Shown: positions 53,340 to 64,000 of the stretch, piece by piece
Layout: each line of letters begins with the position of its first letter
Numbering within the stretch: position 1 is the stretch's first letter
Source: Octopus sinensis
Taxonomy: Eukaryota
Assembly: GCF_006345805.1 (NCBI RefSeq)
Contig: NC_043010.1
Span: 11,408,001 to 11,472,000, forward strand
Direction: 5' to 3'
Length of the DNA: 64,000 nt
The notes under the pieces: model-generated
Told to the model about the DNA's origin: nothing
The model's database searches: none
The model's input: only the letters and a program-made list of their open reading frames with translations
Made by a program: the position numbers and the translations under genes

Positions 53340-53640
53340 ATTGTATAGATATATATATATATATGCATATGCACACATATACACACACATATATGCACCA
53401 TACACAGACACACACACACACAAACACACACACGCAGAGTACATAAAACCCATGATGGATATGATAAATTGATTGGAAATATGTTGCTCAAAAGCTTATT
53501 GGCAAAAAACAATGATAGAATGACAGATGGAAATTTAATGTTTACTAATTTCTAACAGTTAATTAAAATGTTAAAATTATAAGAACAAATTACATTATTT
53601 AAAAGAAATATACATTCATTTCATTTTGCATGCATGTACA

Positions 53641-53690
<50 letters not shown>

Positions 53691-53715
53691 AGTGTGTGAG
53701 TGGGTGCATATTCTC

Positions 53716-53937
53716 TTTACTCTTTTACTTGTTCCAGTCCTTTGACTGTGGTCATGCTGGAGCACCGCCTTTAATCGAGCACATCAACCCCGAGACGTAT
53801 TCTTTGTAACCTAGTACTTATTCTATCAGTCTATTTTGCTGAACTGCTAAGTTACGGGAACGTAAACACACCAGCTTCGGTTGTCAAGCAATGTTGGGGG
53901 AACAAACACAGACACATAACACACACACACAAACACA

Positions 53938-53993
<56 letters not shown>

Positions 53994-54180
53994 TCACACA
54001 TATATACATATACATATGACAGGCTTCTTTCAGTTTCCGTCTACCAAATCCACTCACAAGGCTTTAGTTGGCCCGAGGCTATAATAGAAGACACTTGCCC
54101 AAGGGGCCACGCAGTAGGACTGAACCTGGAACCATGTAGTTTGTAAGCAAGCTACTTACCACACAGCCACTCCTACACCT
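53716..54180 (-). mobile_element. SINE family A
   Basis: Full length with expanded (CA)n. Confidence 0.9.
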
Positions 54181-54548
54181 AGCATGTGTGCGTGAACATT
54201 GCGGTATCCCATGAATTTAAATGCTTTTACTTTTTTGTTTTTATTTATTTTAGTTATTTGGCTGTGACCATGCTGGTGCACCCCCACTTGAAGAATTTAG
54301 TCAATCAAATCAACCCCAGATTTATTTCAAGTCAGGCATTTAATTAACAGCATCTTTTTTGCTGAAACCACTATGTTATGGAAACATAAACAAACCAACA
54401 CCAGTTGTCAAGTGGCAAGAAACAAACACAGATATACACATAAACACACATACATACACACCTACATACACACATTTAAATATACCTATATGTCGGATCG
54501 TTAGCTCCTACACGCATTTTTTTTCTCTCCTTGTTTCTTTTCTGTGTA

Positions 54549-54586
54549 TCTTTCTGTCGAAGAGCGTAGGCTCGAAACGTAAAAGA
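54549..54586 (+). ncRNA. Minimal type I hammerhead-like motif (A6U variant) in a Penelope-type terminal repeat fragment (~54490-54690)
   Basis: UCUUU-CUGUCGA-A-GAGC(GUAG)GCUC-GAAA-CG-UA-AAAGA gives a 5-bp stem I, a 4-bp stem II and a palindromic ACGU stem III. Confidence 0.55.
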
Positions 54587-55663
54587 CTTGTTTTATTTAT
54601 ATTTCTGAACACCATACTAATACATTTGTTTGTTTGTACTCCACCTGCCTTCGTCTTTTGTTTATTTTCATAAACCTTCCCGTTATATATATATATAATG
54701 AATTATGAGAATATAAGACAGCAAGACTCCAAACGACGATGTGTATAGCATTCTTAACATGTTCCAGCAAATTTGAACATAATTTGCATATTCACATTTA
54801 AATCTGCTGGAATCTATTAAGAATGAATATACTCATCATCGTAACTACATATGCGGGTGTGTATGCAAGCATGTAATTACATGTGTGCATGTGTATATGT
54901 GTGTGTGTGTATGTTTTTCCTTGACTCCAAATCTTTCCTCTTACCTCTTTCTAATGAGATCCATGTTCGTAATGTCACACCCCTTCTTTTAGCCATTTTA
55001 AACTGTGCATGAACCTAATACAATCACTGTGCACATCCTTTATACTTTTATTTATTTTTGTTTTCGATTTGCCTACACACACGTGTGCCCCCCTCCACAC
55101 ACATATATACGTATATATAAAGCAAATAAGTTACAAGGATGAACAGGCATCAGGGCATTACGGCCATTTCAGGCAGTTCCATTTAATTGATCAATGCATT
55201 ACATCATTTTGAAATATGCTGCTTTCCTCAGATGTATAACATCACAAAGGTTTTCAACATACAGGACACTCTATGATAATTTTTTAGCAAATTCAAACAT
55301 ATTGGATATTCCATTATAATTTTTTAGCAAATTTTACAATAATAGCAACAAGTATGTAATTCTTTTATTCTCTTGTTCTAATGAAAAATTTGCTAAAAAT
55401 TTATAATGGAGTATCCTGTATATTGAAAACCTATATGGTCTTATGCATCCAAGGAAGGCGGCATATTTCAAATTGATGTAATGTTTGCATTGATTGATTA
55501 AATGGAGCCACCTGAAACAGCTGTAATGCACTGATACCTGGACATCCTTGTTACTTATTTGCTTTTTATTGACCTTACTTCGAGCTGTGCAGCTAATACA
55601 GGACTAACTTGGTGCCTCAACTGAAGTACCTAATTCAACTGAATCTTAATTATTTCTTTACGC

Positions 55664-55697
<34 letters not shown>

Positions 55698-56805
55698 CAC
55701 ACACACACACACACACATACACTCACACACATATATATATATATATCTTTACACACACATACCAGCCTAGAAAATGGATATTAAATGATGATGATCATGA
55801 TGATGATGTATATAGGTGGTGAGCTTTGCTGGATCATTAGCATGTTGGATAAAATGAATTGTGGCTCTGTTTTTTATGTTCAAATTCTGCTGAGGTCAAC
55901 TTTGCTTTTCATCTGCTTGAGGTTGATAAATTAAGAAACAGTCAACTATTGGAGTTAATTTAATTAGCATGTCTCCTCTCTTCAAAAAATACAGGCCTTA
56001 AAACTCTGCAATGAACCAACAGCCCATCCAGAGGGAATATTATTACCTCGGTCAGTTATCTGCCATTGGAAGCTAGCAGACTGTATGATTCCTTATGACT
56101 GGTTGTATGGTAAGTAGCTTCCTTACCAACCACATGGTTCTGGGTTCAGTCCCACTGCATGGCACCTTGGGCAAGTGTCTTCTACTACAGCCTCGAGCCA
56201 ACCAAAGCCTTGTGAGTGGATTTGGTAGACAGAAACTGAAAGAAGCCTGTTATATATATATGTGTGTGTGTATGTGTGTGTATGTATGTGTGTGTGTGTG
56301 TGTCATAGGCCCAGAAAGCTGGTTTCCATGGCAGCCAAGTGACTGAAATCACAACATTCCTCTTGAACAGGTTGTAAGCTTATCGCATGTTTGCTCTTTT
56401 ACTGCTCATAGGACTTAGAGCAACATGAAATTAAGTGTTTTGTTGAAGAACACTTTGCAGTGGTCAATCCAGACATCGAAACCAAGATCTAGTGATCATG
56501 AGTGCAACACCCTAACCACTAGGCCACTTATCACTCTTGTAACAACTATTTCTGACATAGGTAAACAAAGAGAATACAATACAAGGAAGTCTAGTACTTA
56601 ACGAAGACTTAAGTAGTAAGGCTCATTGTAGAGTGTATAATTGATTAGATCCATGTAGTATTTGGTTTAGTACTTATTGATCCATGAAAGACAACAGCAA
56701 AACTGACCGTGGCAGAATCCGATCGAAGTACCTTATGAAATGTAACTCTGCGCCGCAAAGCTATTTTGTTTCTCATCCTACAAATTTATTGCTGTTTCAC
56801 TGATG

Positions 56806-57072
56806 ACGATCAACATTATCATCAAAGTCATCAACATCATCATCATCATCATCATTATCATCATCAACATCATCATCATTATCATCATCATTATCATCAT
56901 CGTAATCATCATCATCGTCATCATCATCATCATTGTCATCATCATCATCGTAATCATCATCATCATCGTCATCGTAATCATCATCATCGTCGTCGTCGTC
57001 ATCATCATCATCATCGTCGTCGTCGTCGTCGTCATCATCATCATCTTCGTCGTCATTATCATCATCATCATC
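56806..57072. repeat. (CAT)n/(CGT)n microsatellite
   Basis: Direct reading. Confidence 0.95.
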
Positions 57073-57695
57073 AATCCCTGGACATTACAGTCTCAAGTCC
57101 TTTTGTATTGCACGACCAGCATCAGCATTTCATTTGAAGAGTACTGGCGATTTTGTAGTATGAATGCCTACATTTTATTTATTTTTTTTTTTTTGCTTAT
57201 TGTATTTTCTGGCATACAAGTTGAAATTTACGATGACTTTGGTGAGTTAAAAATTCCTTGGGAAATGCATCAAAAGTTGAAAAGATAGTCACAAAATTTC
57301 AATATTTACTCTATGTGTTTACGCCATACATCATGTTGGTTTGTGTGCAGGAAAACACGGTATTACAAATAACTTCCTAAATCTGACATCAAGTTGTACA
57401 AATTATATATAAATAATCAATCAATTCTGATTTATATATTAACAATTTGTACATTTTAGGAATTTGAAGAATCGTGACAATTGATTCAAATGTCTATAAA
57501 TTAATTTTAAGATTATTTAATTGAAAAATATGAAAATTTTAATGAAAGATGAATATTCTATCTTTTCTTCGGCTGATATGTTTTCAATCAATTTCTCTTT
57601 CAACCAATTACTTTGTCCATGAATTTGTTTTTTGGCCAAAAATGTATTTGACTAATGTGTTTTCAACTAATGTTTTTTTGCTGAATGTTCACAGA

Positions 57696-57731
<36 letters not shown>

Positions 57732-58001
57732 CATATATATATTTATCTTGACTATTGAGTAATTGTAACATACTATTTTATAGATAAATTTCCTCTATTT
57801 ACATAATATTGAGGTCTCTTTCTTTCTTTTGTTATCTTACCGTTTTTACCAATATATATATATATATATAAATAGATGAGTGTATTTTTACCTTGTTAAC
57901 AATTAACACGGAAAAAATAAATAAATAGTTACATGTGTCGAAAATAAAAATATTTGATTACACCTGCGTTAAACTCCATTTACTTATTCATATATATATA
58001 T

Positions 58002-58211
58002 ATAAATTAAATTAGAGATAAAACCACTATTAAGCAACTCAAACAGTGATAGACATAAACCAAAACATAAATAACAAAAAATAAATATAATTAATATAAT
58101 ATATAATATATATATATAAAATATAAAATTTAATTTTTTTTTTTACTAACCAAAAAGTATAAAAAACTGTTTGAGTTGCCTAATAGTGGTTTTATCTCTA
58201 ATTTAATTTAT
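58002..58211. repeat. Inverted repeat with 46-bp arms (1 mismatch) and a ~118-bp AT-rich spacer
   Basis: ATAAATTAAATTAGAGATAAAACCACTATTA(A/G)GCAACTCAAACAGT and its reverse complement. Confidence 0.88.
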
Positions 58212-58280
58212 ATTTATACTGTGAAATTTGATTTAATCCTAAATCTAATTTTTCCCTGTAAGTTTGTATATACTCCCTAA

Positions 58281-58320
<40 letters not shown>

Positions 58321-58374
58321 GAGAGAGAGATAGATAGATAGATAGATAGATAGATATGCTTCTTTTTGAGCCCT

Positions 58375-58612
58375 TTTAAAGCAAGGCTAGCCAGGTTCAT
58401 GGGCCTGGTTTCCCAGTTTCATTGGTGTATGTGTGCACCAGCTGGACGGGATGCCAGTGCATCACAGCGTTGCTCATTTTTGCCAGCTGAATGGACTGGA
58501 GCAATATGAAATGAAGTATTTTGCTCAAGAACACAACACGTCGCCCAGTCCAGGAACTGAAACCACAATCTTACGATCATGATGCTGACACCCTAATCAC
58601 TAAGCCACACAC
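58375..58612 (-). mobile_element. SINE family D (tRNA head plus V-domain-like core); other fragments at ~115-240, ~22025-22190 and ~56410-56530
   Basis: GTGTGGCTTAGTGATTAGGGTG...GTTCTTGAGCAAAATAC...CTGTGATGCACTGGCATCCCGTCCAG. Confidence 0.7.
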
Positions 58613-58661
58613 CTCCACACACACACACACACACACACATATATTATATATATATATAGTA

Positions 58662-58705
<44 letters not shown>

Positions 58706-58749
58706 TAACTTCTCTTATTTTTCAAAATTAAGATAAACAAATTTTTTTT

Positions 58750-59873
58750 TTAATCTAAAATATACTCTCCTTCATTTTCTACAATGCTCTTCTATCTACC
58801 TGCTAGACTAACAAGGCCCTTCTTGTCCATGATGAAAAATACTCCTCTAGTACTGTTCTGACCTCATCTACAGAATTCATATTTTTTCCATCCAAATGAT
58901 TTTGAAGACTACAGAATAAATGATAATCAGCCTTTGGAATGTCATCCTCACTGTATGTGACCAAGCATTGTCCTGATGGAAGAACACCTTTCGTCTTGAA
59001 ACCAAAGATATTCATTTTCCTTCTAGCACTGACTTAAGCCACTCGAGCTGCTCACAGTAGACCTCCTATGTTATCGTTTGGTTTGGGTTTAAAAGTTCAA
59101 AGTGGATTAAACCTTTCATATCCCACCAAACATAACAGTACCTTACGTAGGTGAAGAATTTCTTTAGCCTGGGGTGCTAGTGTATCTCCTTTCCCTACCC
59201 ACTGTCTTCGGTACTTGGAATTTTTATAGAGAACCCATTTCTAATTGCCAGTCACTATTCGGTCCCCAAAAAGTTCATTCATGAAACCTGACTGCAAAGA
59301 AGAGCACACATTTACTCTCTGCATGTGATTAGACTCAGAAAGTTTGTGAGCAACCCATTGACTCAATTTGCAAACTTTTCTGATGGCACGCAAGTGTCAA
59401 TGAATGGTTGAATGACCACATCCAAGCTTCTCTGCTAGTTCCTCAGCAGTAATGATGAGATTTTGTTCCACCAGGATCTGCAGGACATAATTGTCAAGCT
59501 CTGCAGATCTTCCAGGACGAGACTCATCTTCTAGGTTGAAGTTTCCAGTTCAGAATTTCTGAAACCACCTTACATTTATTGTCAGATCCCCATATACTGC
59601 ATTCATATTCCTCACACATTCCATTGCATTGTTGCCTTTATTGAACTCATAAAACAAAATATGCTGAATATGCTCCTTTGTCACTTTCATTATAGCTTTG
59701 AAAAAAAAACTTAAAATTGAACTGCACTCTTCAAAACTTACACTAAGAATAAGTACAAGATAAAATTACTGCCTGCTTTAAGAGCAAGATGATGCAGGTA
59801 GTTTATCCCATCCCCCTCTGACTTTTAGTTCATGCAATTGAAAAAGCCGCATTATTTATGGGATGGCACAATA
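58750..59873 (-). mobile_element. Mariner (DD34D) transposon relic with pseudogenised transposase (59690-58750)
   Basis: Manual translation: MKVTKEHIQHILFYEFNKGNNA...WFQKF*TGNFNLEDESRPGR...WVAHKL (WVPHEL)...RIVTGN*KWVLY (TGDEKW)...ADYHLFCSLQNHLDGK...GR*KSIVENEGEYILD*. It has stops and frameshifts. A TIR-like TTGTGCCATCCCATAAATAATGCGGCTTTTT lies next to TA at ~59841-59873; the other TIR is not recognisable. Confidence 0.92.
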
Positions 59874-60274
59874 CATACAGGTATATATATGAGTGTGTAT
59901 GTATGTAAGTATTTATGTATGTATGTATGTATGTATGTATGTATGTATGTATGTATGTATGTATGTATGTATGTATGTATGTGTGTATGTATACTCCCAC
60001 ATACATACATTATTGATAACTCTTTCAATATAGGCCAATGACATATTCAAGCAGCAATAATGGATATTTAAAACTATGAGATTGCAATGACATCTTAGAA
60101 GACAATGACTGGCCTATATTCATGTTACTTACAACCTCCAACAAAATGCTTTCAATGTATGTTATATGGATTAACATAACACACACAGACACATACACAC
60201 ATATGCATATACATATATGCATATCTATGTGTGTATGTATATATACATACATATATATACATACATACATATAT

Positions 60275-60351
<77 letters not shown>

Positions 60352-60743
60352 GTATATACATATATATATACATATATATATATAAAATCAGTTAAGACTC
60401 ATTAGAGCAGGCAACTACTACTACTATAGGTAATCTAAGAAATTTTTAAATAACATCAGTTGAAACAAGAGACAAAAATCTATTTACTGTCTCTAAGACA
60501 TCTACCATCCTGATTATTGATTACTTTGTATAAATGATGTCTAAAGTAGATTCATTAATTCTTTACCTATTTCGGGATATTGTAACTTGAAATATTGACA
60601 CAGGTGAATCAAATAATCATGTTTTTCAAAGATCTATTGTAGGACAGGCAAGCAGATTTGATTATCTTTGAATAAGTTTGTTATTCTGGTTTGCTATATG
60701 ACTAATAGTTCCGTCGCAGAAAATAGTTACCGAAGGTACTATA

Positions 60744-61169
60744 TACTATTTTACTATTCTATTTGTTTCAGTCATTTGACTGCGGCCATGCTGGAGCACC
60801 GCCTTTTTTAATCAAGCAAGTCGACCCCGGGACTTATTCTTTGTAAGCCCAGTACTTATTCTATCGGTCTCTTTTGCCGAACCGCTAAGTGACGGTGACG
60901 TAAACACACCAGCATCGGTTGTCAAGCGATGTTGGTGGGGGACAAACACAGACACACAAACATATACATGCACACATACACACATATATATATATACATA
61001 TATACAACGGGATTCTTTCAGTTTCCGTCTACCAAAATCCACTCACAAGGCTTTGGTCAACCCGAGGCTATAGTAGAAGACACTTGCCCAAGGTGCCACA
61101 CAGTGGGACTGAACCCGGAACTATGTGGTTGGTAAGCAAGCTACTTACCACACAGTCACTCCTGCGCCT
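60744..61169 (-). mobile_element. SINE family A in the putative protocadherin intron
   Basis: Full length. Confidence 0.92.
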
Positions 61170-62330
61170 AGTTACAGACTTTTGTGAAAGAGATAAGAAT
61201 TTTTAGCTGATGTTGAATAATTTCAGCACAGTAGGAAAATAGCAAAAGCTGAAGAATTTCAGTATTTGTCATAATGGTAATATTCTTTACTTCCTATGCT
61301 TTCTTGATGTATGACCAGACATAAGGACAAAATTGCAAACCTCCGTTATTTTACATGCTTGTAGTCATTTAGACAGAATAAATTTGTTCCTATAGTGATG
61401 ACCAAGTAATGGAATCCTGGTCTTGTATTCATTAGCAGCATTTCTCAAACTGTTCAGCTGTGAAGTTGCAGAGATTTGCTTGCCCCAAACCAAATTTAAT
61501 GCCTGCAGTTGTATAGAACTAACAAGCTAAAATCGAAGTAAAGCACCTTGTAGATCATTTGAATATATTTAGACTGGAATATTAATAGTGCAACAAGTCT
61601 AAAGCAATCCAAGAGTTGAATTAAATAGGAATATATTTACAAAGAGTTGGGATGACTATTTTTAGAATACTCTGAAGGAAACCAAATAAACCATATTAAA
61701 ATAATGTAAGATAGAATATGCATTAATTAGAGACAGACAAAAAGGAAAGAAAACAAGCACGCTGAGAGGATCTGAATAACATATCTATCACTGCTGTCTA
61801 ATTGGTTCTTATAACATCTAATATCATTTTATGTTGAACATCTTATTTGTTAGTTCCTTCAGAATACTGTTGTTTTTAAAACAAATATGATTTGAAGGTG
61901 TCTCATGAATAGAACACTTTAAAGTGTCACACAAATCAAGAACATTAAATGAATTCTGAATCACATCATCTTTAGTAGAAATGTACTCCATTCTTACTTC
62001 CTATATTGACTTTGGGGGATATGTCAGCTTCTAATCTTCACAATCATTGAATGGAATAAACCCAGCCCTTTTACAATGCTTTATAATCACCTCCCCATCC
62101 AACAAAACAACAACAAAAAAATTAATCAATAAATATAAATCTCAACTAAAAGGAAAGAATTAGCATATTTAAATGTAATATGTCTAAAATCCCTATAGAT
62201 ATATATTTAAATTATCAAATCAGAAATTATGCTTGAAATTAAATTCTCTACATTGTGAAAATTTTCAAAAATGAAACCTCAAAATACTTAATATTAAAAT
62301 ATGGTTAATTGATAAAAATAAGTTGTCAAA

Positions 62331-62339
62331 ATTTACCTG
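62331..62339 (-). promoter_or_regulatory. Phase-0 5' splice donor ending the protocadherin exon
   Basis: Minus strand reads GCA CAG|GTAAAT, followed by AT-rich intron-like sequence. Confidence 0.75.
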
Positions 62340-63998
62340 TGCAGCTCTTGGCAAGCTTCTTGTTGCATTTAAATTATTCCATTCAACAGGCAACTCATCT
62401 TCCTGGTAGAGCTGTGTTTTTGACATCATTGACGCATTTGTACTGTTTCTTGTCTCGTCAGAATTTAACGTCAGCGCCGTCAAATTATTAGCATGTGAAA
62501 TAAGATGTCCTTTTTCACTCCTTGATTGGTTTGGTGAGCTTGTTTCAGTTATATGTTGAGTATTCCTCACATTGTGACATCGAACGATACAAATAATGAT
62601 TGACACAACAACAGCCACTGACACAATCACAGCTGCCAGTGTTATGACTATAACTAAATTAAGATGTATCCTGTTGTCTGCTTGTGTATTCACTGCAGTG
62701 AACATTTTGGACGTTTTATTACTAACCGTCAATGTCAAGGATAGTGCTGTAGACGTTGACAGAACTGGAGTACCGCTATCTTTGACAATCAACTGGAGGT
62801 TGTATAACCCAGCATCATTTTGGTAAACTGTGCGAGAGAAAGACATGGCTCCAGTGTAAGGGTTGACTGTAAACAGTTGTCGGTCATTTCCCCCAAGTAT
62901 TTCATATCGGAGGAAAGCGTTTTCTCGGCTGTCTCTATCTGAAGCTCTTAATGTTGTGATATCATTTTCACTTTGAGGGTGATAGTAGACATCCAAACTG
63001 AAGGGGTTAACACTAGGAAAAGTGAAATACGGAGCATTGTCATTCTCGTCCATAACTTCAACAATAACATTTGCTGTATTGTTTAACTGAGGATCTCCGT
63101 TGTCTTTTACTAGGACTTGGAATTTATAGTTGTTATTCTGTTCATAGTCCAAAGACTCAATGGTTGAAATAAAACCATAATTTGTAATCTGAAATGGAAT
63201 TTTATCTTTGTTTTCACTAACTAAATGATACGATAATTTACCCCCTGAATCTAAGTCAGGGTCAGTAGCATTGATGAAGCCGACGGGAAAATTTAGTTCT
63301 TCATTTTCATAAGTCAAAAATTTAAATGTTTTTTTGGTAAATTGTGGTTGCACATCATTTACATCCATTACTTGAATTGAGAATTGTCGCTGAGCTTTCA
63401 AAGGTGGTTGGCCCATATCTTCACATGTAATTTTTATATCATAATGATCCTCAGCCTCTCGATTAACAAGGCTTTTCAATATTACTTTGTATTCCTTCGA
63501 TGCTAGACTTCGAAGCTGAAATTTTTCATGGTGAAGATCACAAGAGACTTCTCCATTTTGTCCAAAGTCATTATCTATGATTTTCACGAATGCAATGAAA
63601 CTTCCAACTTTAATCTTTTCTGAAATTGTAGCAGTATTGTCTACTAATGCCGACACAAAATTTATATCTATCTCCGGTGCATTATTTTGTTGGTTGATCA
63701 CATTAACAAAAACCAAAGCAATGGCACTGAGAGGAGGTCGGCCTCCGTCCCTTGCTTCCACAAACAATTTGTAGTTTTTCTTTTGCCCGGCAGGCAACTT
63801 TTTCCACAAGTATATTCTACCATCATCTTTATTTAGTTGAAAATATAACCTGGCAACATCGCTTATTTTGGAACTAAAATAATAGGAAACTTTACTGTTT
63901 TTCCCAGAATCCAAATCTGTTGCTGACAAAGTTAGCACAGGAACATTCATTTGGTGTGTGTTTTTTATAGAAATGTTATAAATGCTTTGAGGAAAAAC
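62337..63998 (-). CDS. Pcdh: Protocadherin, 3' part of the large ectodomain/TM exon: last four cadherin repeats, TM helix and juxtamembrane tail. 5'-truncated by the window edge.
   Basis: The 561-aa ORF stays open upstream of its Met to the window end (VFPQSIYNISIKNTHQ-MNVPVLTLSATDLDSG). Cadherin motifs: ATDLDSGKN, ARDGGRPPL, DVNDVQPQF, LDYE, DENDNAPYF, VKDSGTPVL. TM segment LVIVITLAAVIVSVAVVVSIIICIV at ~62583-62660. The last 23 aa of the called ORF are read-through past CAG|GTAAAT. The symbol is family-level; the paralog cannot be assigned. Confidence 0.96.
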
Positions 63999-64000
63999 TG

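Noticed and set aside
58750-59690. Domesticated mariner fused to the protocadherin (SETMAR-like)
   Set aside because: It is on the same strand and nearby, but the transposase has several stops and frameshifts, including in the catalytic TGDEKW motif.
62596-62826. Plus-strand ORFs overlapping the protocadherin (also 62309-62491 and 63577-63774)
   Set aside because: These are antisense shadows of the real coding frame.

Overview
AT-rich, repeat-saturated eukaryotic genomic DNA. It is almost certainly from an octopus, inferred from a cephalopod-type protocadherin, several tRNA-derived SINE families and very dense microsatellites. The only intact coding sequence is the 3' part of a large protocadherin exon on the minus strand (63998-62337). 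It is cut by the window edge and ends at a phase-0 splice donor. The other ~62 kb is intron or intergenic DNA. It holds many SINE copies (working labels A-F are mine, not published names), relics of mariner, maT/DD37D, RTE, CR1/Jockey-like and Penelope-like elements, Helitrons, piggyBac-type and TA-flanked MITEs, and a 2.6 kb 130-bp tandem array inside a retroposon. Most short ORFs in the track are microsatellite or SINE read-through. Most notable leads: (1) a dispersed family of minimal hammerhead-shaped motifs with a recurring CUGU core, including a tandem pair; (2) a SINE with an expandable, hairpin-rich VNTR showing higher-order structure; (3) a protocadherin interdomain linker that has lost its Ca2+ ligands; (4) several long fold-back palindromes; (5) nested and tail-swapped SINEs. 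All alignments and translations were done by eye, family names come from memory of consensus motifs, and none was database-checked.
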